Positions 17,201-25,362 of a DNA stretch of 40,817 bases are shown here, piece after piece (the first letter of the stretch is position 1; the number at the start of each line of letters is the position of its first letter). The position numbers were made by a program, and so were the translations under genes. The notes below the pieces were generated by a model, which worked only from the letters and a program-made list of their open reading frames with translations, was not told where the DNA came from and made no database searches. Source of the DNA: Candidatus Hadarchaeales archaeon (GTDB taxonomy: Archaea > Hadarchaeota > Hadarchaeia > Hadarchaeales > WYZ-LMO6); contig JAWCKR010000013.1 in the NCBI GenBank assembly GCA_038851755.1, forward strand, positions 1-40,817. The letters are read 5' to 3'.

Positions 17201-20200
17201 CCCTGATCCCTCGCCGGTCGTCTCCTCCGACGACACCGTCTATGCCGCGGCCGGGGGTTTCCTCCACACCTTCGACAGGTACGGGAACCTCAAGTGGAAG
17301 GTCCCGGTCGAGAACATCTTCTGGAGATCCTCTCCCCTGATAGGCTCCGACGGAACGATATACCTCGCGCACGACAGCAGGCTCAGCGCCTTCAACCCCA
17401 AAGACGGGTCTCTGAAATGGTCCTGTAACCTCGGGGACATCGTCCTCGGAGCTCCCACCATAGGTCCGGACGGGACCATCTTCGTCCCCTGCTCACACCT
17501 TCACGCCGTGAACCCGAACGGGACCATAAAGTGGAGCTGGGAAGGTTGGACTACCACTACTCCTGCCATCGGCTCTGACGGCACGGTCTACTTTGTTGCC
17601 TTTATCATCCGTGGGAAAGACATACAGTACAGCCTCTACGCGCTGTACCCTGAAAATGGCGGGGAAAAATGGAAATACGGGACGGCGGGGGTGGCCGTTC
17701 CTCCGGTAATGGGTCCAGACGACACGGTGTACCTGGGGCACGAAAACGCCTTGGTGGCAATAAATCCCAACGGTACTCTGAAGTGGTCCCGCACTTTTGA
17801 AAACCTCTTCCTCGGCATACCTGCCATCGATAACGACGGTACGATATATCTGCCTGGGGTAAGCTTCCGGATCAGTGGGGGCTATGTGTTTGAAAACGCT
17901 GTGCTGATGGCACTCAATCCCTCCAACGGGTCTACGAGATGGGTCTTCTCCATCAGGTCACCTTACTACCCAATGCCAGCGGGAGTTTCATCGCCCGCCA
18001 TCGGCTCCGGAGACACCGTCTACTTTGGCCTCAACAGGATCATCTTCGCGGTGAACAAGAACGGGGGCCTCAAGTGGACATTCGACGCTGGAGGGCTGGT
18101 GAACTCCCCGGCAATAGGCAGGAACAGGGCCATCTACTTCATCTCCTCCGACGGATACCTGTACGCGATAGAGGACGACACGACGCCTCCGTTCTCGAGC
18201 GTGGCCCATCCCGCCGACGGTGCCGTCCTCAACGGGATAAACGAAATCATCGTTCAGGCCAGCGACTACTTCTCCGGGGTGCAGAGCGTGGAGGTGGTGA
18301 TAAAGCGGGAGAGGGATGGTGCCTTCCTGCTGCCGGGTGGGTGGGAAAATGTGGGGGAGGAGGACGCCTGGCGCATGGCCCAGTTCTCTGACAGCGACAA
18401 CTGCTGGAGGCTCAGCGTCCCCTCGGAAGCCTTCAGCTCGGGATGGTACGTGGTCAACACCAGGGCGACCGACGCCGCAGGCAACAGGGAGAGACCTTCC
18501 AGCGTGGCCACTTACTACAACCGTGGAGGTGTCTCCTTCTTCGTAGACAGCATCCCTCCAGCCGGTTACATCAGGATAAACAACGGCGAAGGAAGCACGA
18601 GATGTACCGACGTGGTCCTTTACCTGTGGTATAGTGACTACGCCAACTGCACTGAAGAATCGGGGTACTGCAGCTCCGGAGTGGTCTCAGCCAGGTACAG
18701 CAACGATGGTGTTAGCTGGACTGAGTGGGAGCCCGTCTCCACGTCCAGGTCCTGGACCCTCGACCCAAAGACGTGCACCGTCTACTACCAGGTCATAGAC
18801 CTGGCCGGCAACGTGAGCGAAGTGGCCTCGGATACCATAACCCTGGAGAACGAGGTACCTCCTCCCGAACCGGAGAGCCCGTCCTCCGAAGGAGAGGTGT
18901 TCGACTGGATCCCCGAGTTCAAGTGGTCCTCCCGGGACCTGCTGCCTGGAGAGGCCTACCTGCTGGAGATAGAGAGGGAGGACGGGAGTTCCAGGGTCAC
19001 CCTGATCACCAGGTCCAGGACCGTCTGCTACACCCTCCCTGGGATTTCCGCTCGGATAGTATCCGGGCTGCAGAAGGGTGAATCACTGGGGTACAGGTGG
19101 AGGGTTTCCATCCTCGCTCCCTTCGTCGACGCGCAGAAGAGCAGCAAGTGGAGGTACTTCCGGCTCTCCAGGGATAACCGGGAGAACTCCACCATGGAGC
19201 TCTTCGCCGGGGCTTTGGAGAACAAGCTGAGGCTGGGGACCGTCCTCAAGAACAAGAGGGATCTCCTCACGGGGGGACTGGGCGGGGTGGTGTCCCTGCC
19301 CATGAAGCTGCAGATCAAAGCGGGAGAAACGGGGGAGATCAGGACCATCTCCAAGATGATGGTCAAAACGGGCATGGTCGTGCCAGGGGAGACCGTGTCC
19401 ACCTTCACGGACCTGTCCCCGCCCCAGAGCGGGGACTACCAGATTTCCTGCGAGCTTGGAGGGGGCAGCATTTCCAAGGCTCCACAGAGAGTGGAAAACA
19501 AACAGGTGAAAACCCAGCCGGACCTCATCGCCTCTGCCTCCGACACGGCATACGACGAGAAGCTGGCCCTGATCACCACGAGGGTGTATAACAGGGGGAC
19601 CGCCGCCGCAGGTAGCTTCAGCGTGGCCTTCTACCTGGAGGAGGAGGGCCCGACCACCGTGCTGTTGGAGGGGCTGGCCGCAGGTGACGCCGCGACCGTT
19701 TCCATGTCCGCGAAGCTCCCACGCGGCACCGTTTCCGTGCGCATCGTCGTAGACCCTGAAGGCAAGGTGGAAGAATCCGACGAGGGAAACAACGAGGCCA
19801 CGGCCCTGGTAACCTCCCTCAGGGGTGCGCCTCCCGTGGCGAACTTCACCTACTCGCCCAGTTCACCCAGCGTGAACGCGTCCGTGAACTTCACCGATAC
19901 CTCCGCTGACAACGACGGAAAGATAGTGGCCTGGTCGTGGGACTTCGGCGACAAGACCACCTCCACGCTCCAGAACCCGACGCACACCTACTCCAGCACG
20001 GGAACCTACACCGTGACTTTGACCGTGACCGATGATGCGGGCAACACCGCTTCCTGCAGCAAACAGGTCGTGGTTACCCAACCCAACAAACCCCCGACCG
20101 CTTCCTTCTCCTACGAAGAGATCGATTATCTGACGGTCAGGTTCACCGACCAATCGAGCGACCCGGATGGAAGCATAGTGGCCTGGTCCTGGAGCTTCGG

Positions 20201-20339
20201 CGACGGTGCCACCTCCTCGGAGAGGAACCCCACCCATGTCTATCCTGAGGGTCACAAGAGTTATACCGTTAGACTCACCGTGACGGATGATAGGGGTGCG
20301 ACCGCCTCATATGAGACCTCGGTGTACGTGATGGGATGA
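14286..20339 (+). CDS. 2017-aa secreted multidomain surface protein (beta-rich N-domain, 5 PPC-like repeats, PQQ/BamB-like beta-propeller, Ig-like domains, CARDB, 2 PKD)
   Basis: Signal peptide; repeats of QxD..GGDAG...DFYKV...NFDLY.Y...G.YYI.V; repeated SPxIGxDGTIY...LKW; DTTPP Ig starts; PDL...VDPEGKVEESDEGNN; two DGxIVAWSWxFGD...NPTHxY...VTLTVTDD. Confidence 0.9.
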   Translation: MAHSRGILAAITAFIVLTSSAPLSAGLASSPPPEPEPRPRTDNAQSVETSSMPLYALVEAELESQHISFKIDLDNLAKILGKNPKSEAKGGDFDFSLEFAYDENEDGGFEITIEIGGERGIGGGGENEEDEGGGEGGEGEEEDEKVSASIGGTIQLKLFFDNKGELVGYSVSGSVELSVEVEIFEYKYFVTFTIGPVPVWIEIDLSGKLGFKVRAGGTIFGTPTERTNITVKLYLGVELEALLYSTAGGSGEIKPFIQAKYFVDERLWLVFGGAALSLDAKFKIRPWITYTLWSAEWEFSTPIFAFQRDGGKGGDAGDYLANAREIDSKGTYVGYLGRDSLWRVDEKDFYKVRLKSGDIVRLNLSRGSEHSDDANFDLYLYDNAGNLLGSSSSDAGEEDLIESMVPATGDYYIEVSKASGMWSWGTYTLRTDRESQNDMRSGGDAGNKIEEALNLTTSLLPYLLQGENGYYTVEFVSSENCYVGGSDQYDFYKVNVMAAGHMLKARLDPPDGANFDLYVYGPDQTVLASSKNPDDSPDSVNLRVTSSGWYYIEVRRVSGAGRYSLEVTREQWDIKEGDACSSRSQSRPISQGRYRNCYLDELDTTDVYSFPVTQDKLIDVVLTQPQDVEYWVYLLDPYGGLVASSRERILTCATYSGTYYLQMWRKSGRGLYDFELWLRDQEDGGTYTDAGDSESSALALPYETRTHEAGITFIRMNAAGWVGGGDPEDFYKIPVEAGKTLFVKLEGADDETEMYLPNFTGTIFSYDKVGRNWFFCGKAEGYTGSREVYIRTTNGGRGCFYSLSFSVAPENDGGSGGDAGWVQGQEVTLKAGENYWGYLDACDTEDLYKVWLGMDDQLTLRMSGHDSNFDLYFYDSTAVYRGENTVPSVSSTNPDSSESITYLAHHAGWYYFRVKRESGLGAYKLELSVLSVPWPKEMHDVKNTGRGAYPGPEENTMSWRYKVNEPSTFSSCPDPSPVVSSDDTVYAAAGGFLHTFDRYGNLKWKVPVENIFWRSSPLIGSDGTIYLAHDSRLSAFNPKDGSLKWSCNLGDIVLGAPTIGPDGTIFVPCSHLHAVNPNGTIKWSWEGWTTTTPAIGSDGTVYFVAFIIRGKDIQYSLYALYPENGGEKWKYGTAGVAVPPVMGPDDTVYLGHENALVAINPNGTLKWSRTFENLFLGIPAIDNDGTIYLPGVSFRISGGYVFENAVLMALNPSNGSTRWVFSIRSPYYPMPAGVSSPAIGSGDTVYFGLNRIIFAVNKNGGLKWTFDAGGLVNSPAIGRNRAIYFISSDGYLYAIEDDTTPPFSSVAHPADGAVLNGINEIIVQASDYFSGVQSVEVVIKRERDGAFLLPGGWENVGEEDAWRMAQFSDSDNCWRLSVPSEAFSSGWYVVNTRATDAAGNRERPSSVATYYNRGGVSFFVDSIPPAGYIRINNGEGSTRCTDVVLYLWYSDYANCTEESGYCSSGVVSARYSNDGVSWTEWEPVSTSRSWTLDPKTCTVYYQVIDLAGNVSEVASDTITLENEVPPPEPESPSSEGEVFDWIPEFKWSSRDLLPGEAYLLEIEREDGSSRVTLITRSRTVCYTLPGISARIVSGLQKGESLGYRWRVSILAPFVDAQKSSKWRYFRLSRDNRENSTMELFAGALENKLRLGTVLKNKRDLLTGGLGGVVSLPMKLQIKAGETGEIRTISKMMVKTGMVVPGETVSTFTDLSPPQSGDYQISCELGGGSISKAPQRVENKQVKTQPDLIASASDTAYDEKLALITTRVYNRGTAAAGSFSVAFYLEEEGPTTVLLEGLAAGDAATVSMSAKLPRGTVSVRIVVDPEGKVEESDEGNNEATALVTSLRGAPPVANFTYSPSSPSVNASVNFTDTSADNDGKIVAWSWDFGDKTTSTLQNPTHTYSSTGTYTVTLTVTDDAGNTASCSKQVVVTQPNKPPTASFSYEEIDYLTVRFTDQSSDPDGSIVAWSWSFGDGATSSERNPTHVYPEGHKSYTVRLTVTDDRGATASYETSVYVMG

Positions 20340-20343
20340 TACC

Positions 20344-20895
20344 ATGAAGGGCTCCCACAGGAGAACCTCCAAGAGAAGGATCGTGCTCCTCGCCGTGATA
20401 ATCGCGGTGGTGGTGGTTGCCTGCGTGCTGGTGGTAAGGCGAGCAGGAAAGGGCGCTGATCCCCTGGAACTCCTCCTGACCTACACCCCTCCCGAAAACC
20501 AGTATCCCTTCCCCGAGTTCATCACGGAGGGCCTGCCCGACGGCTTTGAAGCGGGGGAGCCCACGGTCCAGCAAACCACCTATCCCGACGGAACCCCCGT
20601 CACCGTGGGCGTGGTGGGCTACACCAGGGGTGAGGAGCTCGTGATAGTGCAGGTCCTGAACGTGTGCGGGGATAATTTCATCAACAACACGCCCGAGCTG
20701 GAGGCCTACACCTTCAAGCTGGTACGTCTATCAGGAAACAGGGTGGCGAGGTACTCCAAGGGGGAGGAAATGAGCGGATACGTGTGGTACTACGGAAAAT
20801 ATTCCATAGCCGTTTACACCTCGCCGGCGGGCTTCCCAGGGTACCTCACCGACTTCGCCAAGCTCTATCTGGCGGAGTATCCCTCCCACCTCTGA
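20344..20895 (+). CDS. Hypothetical membrane-anchored protein
   Basis: Basic N-terminus, one hydrophobic helix (IVLLAVIIAVVVVACVLVV) and a soluble domain; starts 4 nt after the giant gene. Confidence 0.8.
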   Translation: MKGSHRRTSKRRIVLLAVIIAVVVVACVLVVRRAGKGADPLELLLTYTPPENQYPFPEFITEGLPDGFEAGEPTVQQTTYPDGTPVTVGVVGYTRGEELVIVQVLNVCGDNFINNTPELEAYTFKLVRLSGNRVARYSKGEEMSGYVWYYGKYSIAVYTSPAGFPGYLTDFAKLYLAEYPSHL

Positions 20896-20967
20896 GAGAC
20901 GGGGCGAGGAACGGGTTTTCCCGACTCAGTTTTAAAGCCCGGACCGGATAAGGGGGACTGGGACCGG

Positions 20968-21990
20968 ATGCGCGTGGCCGTATATTACGCGGGCGGGGAG
21001 GTCAGGGTGGAGGAGAGGCCCAGGCCAGAAATCGGTCCGGGGGAGTTCCTCCTGAAGGTGATGGCCTGCGGCATCTGCGGGACCGACGTGCTCGGGTGGT
21101 ACCGGGACCCGCAGGCGCCCCGCGTCCTGGGGCACGAGGCCGCGGGGGTGGTGGAGGAGGTGGGGGAGGGAACGGAGAGGGTGAGGGTGGGGGACCGCGT
21201 CTTCGTTTCCCATCACGTGCCCTGCGGGCAGTGCAGGTACTGCAGGAGGGGACATGAAACGGCCTGCGAGACCCTCCACACCACCAACTACGACCCTGGA
21301 GGGTTCTCGGAGTACGTGAGGGTGCCCAGGATCAACGTGGAGAGGGGGACCTACCTCCTTCCACCGCAGCTCTCCTTCGAGGAGGCCACCTTCATAGAGC
21401 CCGTCGGATGCACGGTGAGGGCTCAACGGCTGGCTGGGGTGGGTGAGGAGGACACCGTGCTCATCCTGGGGAGCGGGGTCTCCGGCCTCCTGCACCTCCA
21501 GCTCGCCAAACTGAGGGGGGCCGGGACCATCCTGGTCTCCGACGTCCAGGAGTACAGGCTGGAAGCGGCCAAGCGCTTCGGCACCGACTTCGCACTGAAG
21601 GCCGGTGCTGACTTCACCGAAAGGGTGAGGGAGGTGCTGGGTAAAGGGGCTGACCAGGTCATCGTGTGCACGGGCTCTCCTCAAGCGGCGGAGCAGGCCC
21701 TGAAGTGCGTGGACAGGGGGGGGACCGTGCTCTTCTTCGCCGTTCCACCTCCTGAGGTTCAGTTGCCTTTCAGGCCCGTGGAAATCTGGAGGGACGAGGT
21801 GAGGCTGATGACCTCCTACGGGGCCGCCCCCAGGGACCTGGAAGAGGCCCTGGACCTCCTGCGCCGGGGAAGGATGAGGGTGAAGGAGATGGTGACCCAC
21901 AGGCTGGGGCTGGGGGAGATAGCAAAGGGTTTCAAGCTGGTAGCGGAGGCCGGAGAATCCCTGAAGGTGGTGGTGGAGCCTCAGAGATAG
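20968..21990 (+). CDS. Zinc-dependent alcohol/polyol dehydrogenase (MDR family)
   Basis: CGICGTD, LGHE, CGQCRYCRRGHETAC and ILGSGVSG. Confidence 0.93.
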   Translation: MRVAVYYAGGEVRVEERPRPEIGPGEFLLKVMACGICGTDVLGWYRDPQAPRVLGHEAAGVVEEVGEGTERVRVGDRVFVSHHVPCGQCRYCRRGHETACETLHTTNYDPGGFSEYVRVPRINVERGTYLLPPQLSFEEATFIEPVGCTVRAQRLAGVGEEDTVLILGSGVSGLLHLQLAKLRGAGTILVSDVQEYRLEAAKRFGTDFALKAGADFTERVREVLGKGADQVIVCTGSPQAAEQALKCVDRGGTVLFFAVPPPEVQLPFRPVEIWRDEVRLMTSYGAAPRDLEEALDLLRRGRMRVKEMVTHRLGLGEIAKGFKLVAEAGESLKVVVEPQR

Positions 21991-21998
21991 CGACCCGG

Positions 21999-22670
21999 GT
22001 GAGGAAGATGTTCCTGAGGGTGGATTCCAGGGTGGAGGACAGGTTCCCGGGGATAAGGGCCCTGCAGGTGAGGATGGAGGGGATAAGGGTGGAGGAAAAG
22101 CATCCAGGCGTGGAGAGGCTCAAAGAGGAAACGGTGCAAAGGATCAGGGGAAAGTACCTCCTCGATTCCCTCAAGGAGGTGAAGGCGGTGAGGGCCTACC
22201 GGGACTTCATGTGGAAGCTCGGCATAGACCCCACGAAGATCCGCCCCTCCGCCGAGGCCCTGGTGAGGAGGATCCTGCTCGGGAAGCCCTTCCCCACCAT
22301 CAACACGCTGGTGGACGTGTACAACGTGGTCTCCGTCCAGTTCCTGGTCTCCATAGGGGCCTTCGACCTCGACAGGCTGGAAGGGGAGCTCCTCCTGAGG
22401 TTCGCCGGGGAGGGGGAGGAGTTCCTGGGGATAGGGATGGAGGAGCCCCTCAGGCTGAGGGGCGGGGAGGTGGTGGTGTCGGACGGGAGGAAGCTCATCG
22501 CCATCTATCCCTACCGTGACTCGGAGCTCACGAAGGTCACCGAAAGGACCAGGAGGGTGCTCTTCCTCCTGTGCGGGGTGCCCGGGGTGGAGGTGGAGAC
22601 CCTCAGGGAGGCCGGGGAGAGGCTGAAGGAGTACGTGGGGACCCTGTGCGGTGGAAAGCCGGTGGGATGA
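21999..22670 (+). CDS. B3/4 domain protein (stand-alone PheRS beta editing-like domain)
   Basis: AYRDFMWKLGIDPTKIRPSAEALVRR, INTLVDVYNVVS, GAFDLD and YPYRDS. Confidence 0.88.
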   Translation: MRKMFLRVDSRVEDRFPGIRALQVRMEGIRVEEKHPGVERLKEETVQRIRGKYLLDSLKEVKAVRAYRDFMWKLGIDPTKIRPSAEALVRRILLGKPFPTINTLVDVYNVVSVQFLVSIGAFDLDRLEGELLLRFAGEGEEFLGIGMEEPLRLRGGEVVVSDGRKLIAIYPYRDSELTKVTERTRRVLFLLCGVPGVEVETLREAGERLKEYVGTLCGGKPVG

Positions 22671-23743
22671 GGATGAGGATCGCCGTTTTCTTCCACATGC
22701 CAGGCATCTTCGACAGCGGATGGGCCAGGAGAATCCTGGACCTGCTGAGGACGAGGCACGAGGTCAGGGCGGCCACGTACGGCACGATGGGTAGGACGGC
22801 CCTCCTGGACAGCGGCATGGAGGGGGAGGTGGAGTTCCTGGCGGGGGAGCCCAGCGAGATCCTAGCTAGGACTTCCAGGGAGGTGGATGCCCTGGTCCTC
22901 CCCATGTACGCCTCCTCTCCCGTGAAGAGCCATGCGCACTGCTGGCACCTCCTGAGGGCCTCGGGCGTGAGCAAGCCCCTGGTGGAGGTGGAGGCGAGGA
23001 GCGGATGCGTGGTGCCCTGGACGGAAAGTGCGAGGGAGCTCGCGAGCTGGATGGCGGAGGGGCTGGGGATGAGGCTCAAGGAACCGCCCTCCTTCGGGGA
23101 GACCTTCTGGAGCTCGGGTGGGAGGAACCACCGCAGGCTGCTGGGGGTGGAGGTGGGGGACCACGTGCTGGTGAACAGGATCGTGGTGGGGAGGGCCGTG
23201 TCGGAGGAGGTGGTCCTGGTGGAGGAGGGGGGGAAGCTGGTCGAGATAAGGGGGGTGGAGCTCAAGCCAGGAGCCTGGAAGAAACTGGAGGGAATGGGGA
23301 GGATGGACCTCAGGAAGGTCAGGCTCGAGTCCACTTCCTCCCTGCGTCCTTCTCCTCCAGAGCCCAGGAAAGTGGGCGTCTCGGGGGGAAAGGGGGTGGC
23401 TTTCATCGACCACGCCGGCTACCACGTTTACGAGCTGGCCAGGGGGGCTGAGGGTGCGGTGGTGGTGGGGGACGACACCTCGTCGGTGGTGGGGGACATC
23501 CTCTTCAGGCTGGGGAAGCCCGTGGTGGGGATAGTGGACGGGGACAGGGACGGGCTGCTGGAAAGGGCTCACCTGAGCCGGGGTTCCGTGATCCTCACCG
23601 TGGAAGAGGACGACCGCGCTGGGGAGGAGGTCCGCCTGGAGATCTTCGGGGGGAGGGAGAAGACCGAGAAAGGCTTCGAGGAGGTGAAGAAGGAGATCCT
23701 CTCCCTGCTGAAGGACAGGACCCTCCGCCTGCTCGAGGTGTGA
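22667..23743 (+). CDS. DUF2117 family protein
   Basis: IAVFFH.P.IFDSGWA, GTMGRTALLD, IDHA, VGDDT...GDILFRLG and GIVDGD; ATG at 22667 overlaps the upstream stop. Confidence 0.8.
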   Translation: MRMRIAVFFHMPGIFDSGWARRILDLLRTRHEVRAATYGTMGRTALLDSGMEGEVEFLAGEPSEILARTSREVDALVLPMYASSPVKSHAHCWHLLRASGVSKPLVEVEARSGCVVPWTESARELASWMAEGLGMRLKEPPSFGETFWSSGGRNHRRLLGVEVGDHVLVNRIVVGRAVSEEVVLVEEGGKLVEIRGVELKPGAWKKLEGMGRMDLRKVRLESTSSLRPSPPEPRKVGVSGGKGVAFIDHAGYHVYELARGAEGAVVVGDDTSSVVGDILFRLGKPVVGIVDGDRDGLLERAHLSRGSVILTVEEDDRAGEEVRLEIFGGREKTEKGFEEVKKEILSLLKDRTLRLLEV

Positions 23744-23767
23744 ACCTTTATCTCTGGAATCGGAAAG

Positions 23768-24808
23768 GTGGGAGAAACCATGATCCTCAGAACGGAAGTA
23801 AGGTTCGGAAGGATGGAGGAGGTCCTGGCCTCCCTGCGGCTGGAAGGGAGGGGGCTCCTGTGCTGCAGGAGGAGGTTCGAGGGGAGGATGGGGGGTGAGC
23901 TGGTTCCCCTGAGGATCTCCCCCGAGCCCTCCCTGGAGGAGGTGGAGGGATACTGGGAGGGGATACGGGGGGAGGACTTCCAGTACGTGCTCGCCGTGGG
24001 AGGGGGGAGCGTGCTGGACGTGGCCAAGGTGCTGGCGGCCCTGATGGAGAACCCCGGGAAGGTGAGGGACTTCTTCGGGGTGGAGAAAATCCCCAGGAGG
24101 ATGAGGAGGTTCATCGCCATTCCCACCACCCACGGAACGGGGAGCGAGGTGACGAAGTACTCCGTCATAAGGGTGGGGGAGGAGAAGTGGTCCATCGTCT
24201 CGGAGAACATATGCCCGCACGTGGCCATCCTGGACGAGGGACTGATGAGGGGTCTCCCCAGGGACCTCACCCTCTCCACCTCCATGGACGCCCTCTGCCA
24301 CCTCGTGGAAGCGTACCTCACCCCCTTCTGCGATCCGATGGTGGACCTCCTGTGCGAGCAGGGGATAAGGCTCTTCCTGGAGGGACTGGAAGGGGCCGTG
24401 GAGGACGACCCGGAGGGGAGGAGGAAGATGATGCTGTGCTCCCTGCTGGGAGGCGTGGCCATCACCAACGCCCAGGCCTCGCTGGTGCACGCCCTGAGCC
24501 ACGTGCTGGGAGGGAAGTACCGGGTCCCCCACGGAGAGGCCAACTCCCTCTTCCTTCCCGCCTTCCTGAGGTTCTACGCCGGGGAGAAAAAGCTCGAGGG
24601 GCTGGAGCGGTGGCTGGGGGTGAGGCTCGCTGAGGAGGTGGAGAGGATCAGGGAGAAGTACGGGATGAAGAGGCTCTCCGACTTCGTGGGCGAGAGGGAG
24701 GCGGTGGAGGTGGCGGAAAGGGCCTACCGCAACCGGAGGCTGGTGGAGGGCAACCTGAAGAAAGTGGGGCCCGAGGACCTGAAGGAGATAGCCCTCCGCT
24801 CCCTCTGA
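23768..24808 (+). CDS. Iron-containing alcohol dehydrogenase
   Basis: AVGGGSVLDVAK, IPTTHGTGSEVT, DALCHLVEAY, VHALSH and PHG. Confidence 0.92.
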   Translation: MGETMILRTEVRFGRMEEVLASLRLEGRGLLCCRRRFEGRMGGELVPLRISPEPSLEEVEGYWEGIRGEDFQYVLAVGGGSVLDVAKVLAALMENPGKVRDFFGVEKIPRRMRRFIAIPTTHGTGSEVTKYSVIRVGEEKWSIVSENICPHVAILDEGLMRGLPRDLTLSTSMDALCHLVEAYLTPFCDPMVDLLCEQGIRLFLEGLEGAVEDDPEGRRKMMLCSLLGGVAITNAQASLVHALSHVLGGKYRVPHGEANSLFLPAFLRFYAGEKKLEGLERWLGVRLAEEVERIREKYGMKRLSDFVGEREAVEVAERAYRNRRLVEGNLKKVGPEDLKEIALRSL

Positions 24809-25325
24809 GCCTCACCCCCACGAAGAAGAGGTCCTCCCCCTCCTCGCCTTCCTCCACCACCCTCAGGCCCGCTTCCTCCATCCACTCCCTCACCTCCGGC
24901 CCCTGCTTGTGTCTCAGGGTGCTCACCACGACCTTCCCTCCCCCCCTCACCACCCTGGCCATCTCCCCGAGGGCCTGGTGGGGGTGGGGGAGGTTCTGGA
25001 GGACGGTGACGGAGAAGACGGCATCGAACCTCCCACCCTTGAAGGGAAGGTGCTCCGCATCCCCCAGGACCAGTGGGACGTCCGGGTTCCTCTTCCTGGC
25101 CCTCCTGAGCATGCCTGGGGAGAGGTCCAGCCCCACCGCCCTGCACTTCCCCCCAAGCCTCTTGAGGAGCAGACCCGTACCACATCCCACGTCAAGCACC
25201 CTCCCCCCGGTCGGGAGATGGGGGAGGAGCCTGAGGTACTTTCCAAGCTGGATCCTTGAGTACCTCCGGTCGTAGAGGGAGGAGGTGCGGTCGTAGAGGA
25301 AGGAGAGTTCCCTCTTCCGCTCCAT
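24648..25325 (-). CDS. Class I SAM-dependent methyltransferase (UbiE-like); 3' end runs into the convergent ADH gene
   Basis: VLDVGCGTG, GLDLSPGML and GDAEHLPF...FDAV. Recognisable sequence ends near 24810. Confidence 0.85.
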   Translation of the reverse strand: MERKRELSFLYDRTSSLYDRRYSRIQLGKYLRLLPHLPTGGRVLDVGCGTGLLLKRLGGKCRAVGLDLSPGMLRRARKRNPDVPLVLGDAEHLPFKGGRFDAVFSVTVLQNLPHPHQALGEMARVVRGGGKVVVSTLRHKQGPEVREWMEEAGLRVVEEGEEGEDLFFVGVRLRGSGGLSPSGPRAPLSSGCPPPASGCGRPFPPPPPPPSRPRSRRASSSRTSP

Positions 25326-25362
25326 CCAAGGTTTTTAGCCGCACCACCTAAAACCCGTAGCG

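Noticed and set aside
19900-20300. Similar nucleotide segments that could be a DGR template/variable repeat pair
   Set aside because: They are two in-frame PKD domains. Differences are not limited to adenines, and there is no reverse transcriptase in the window.
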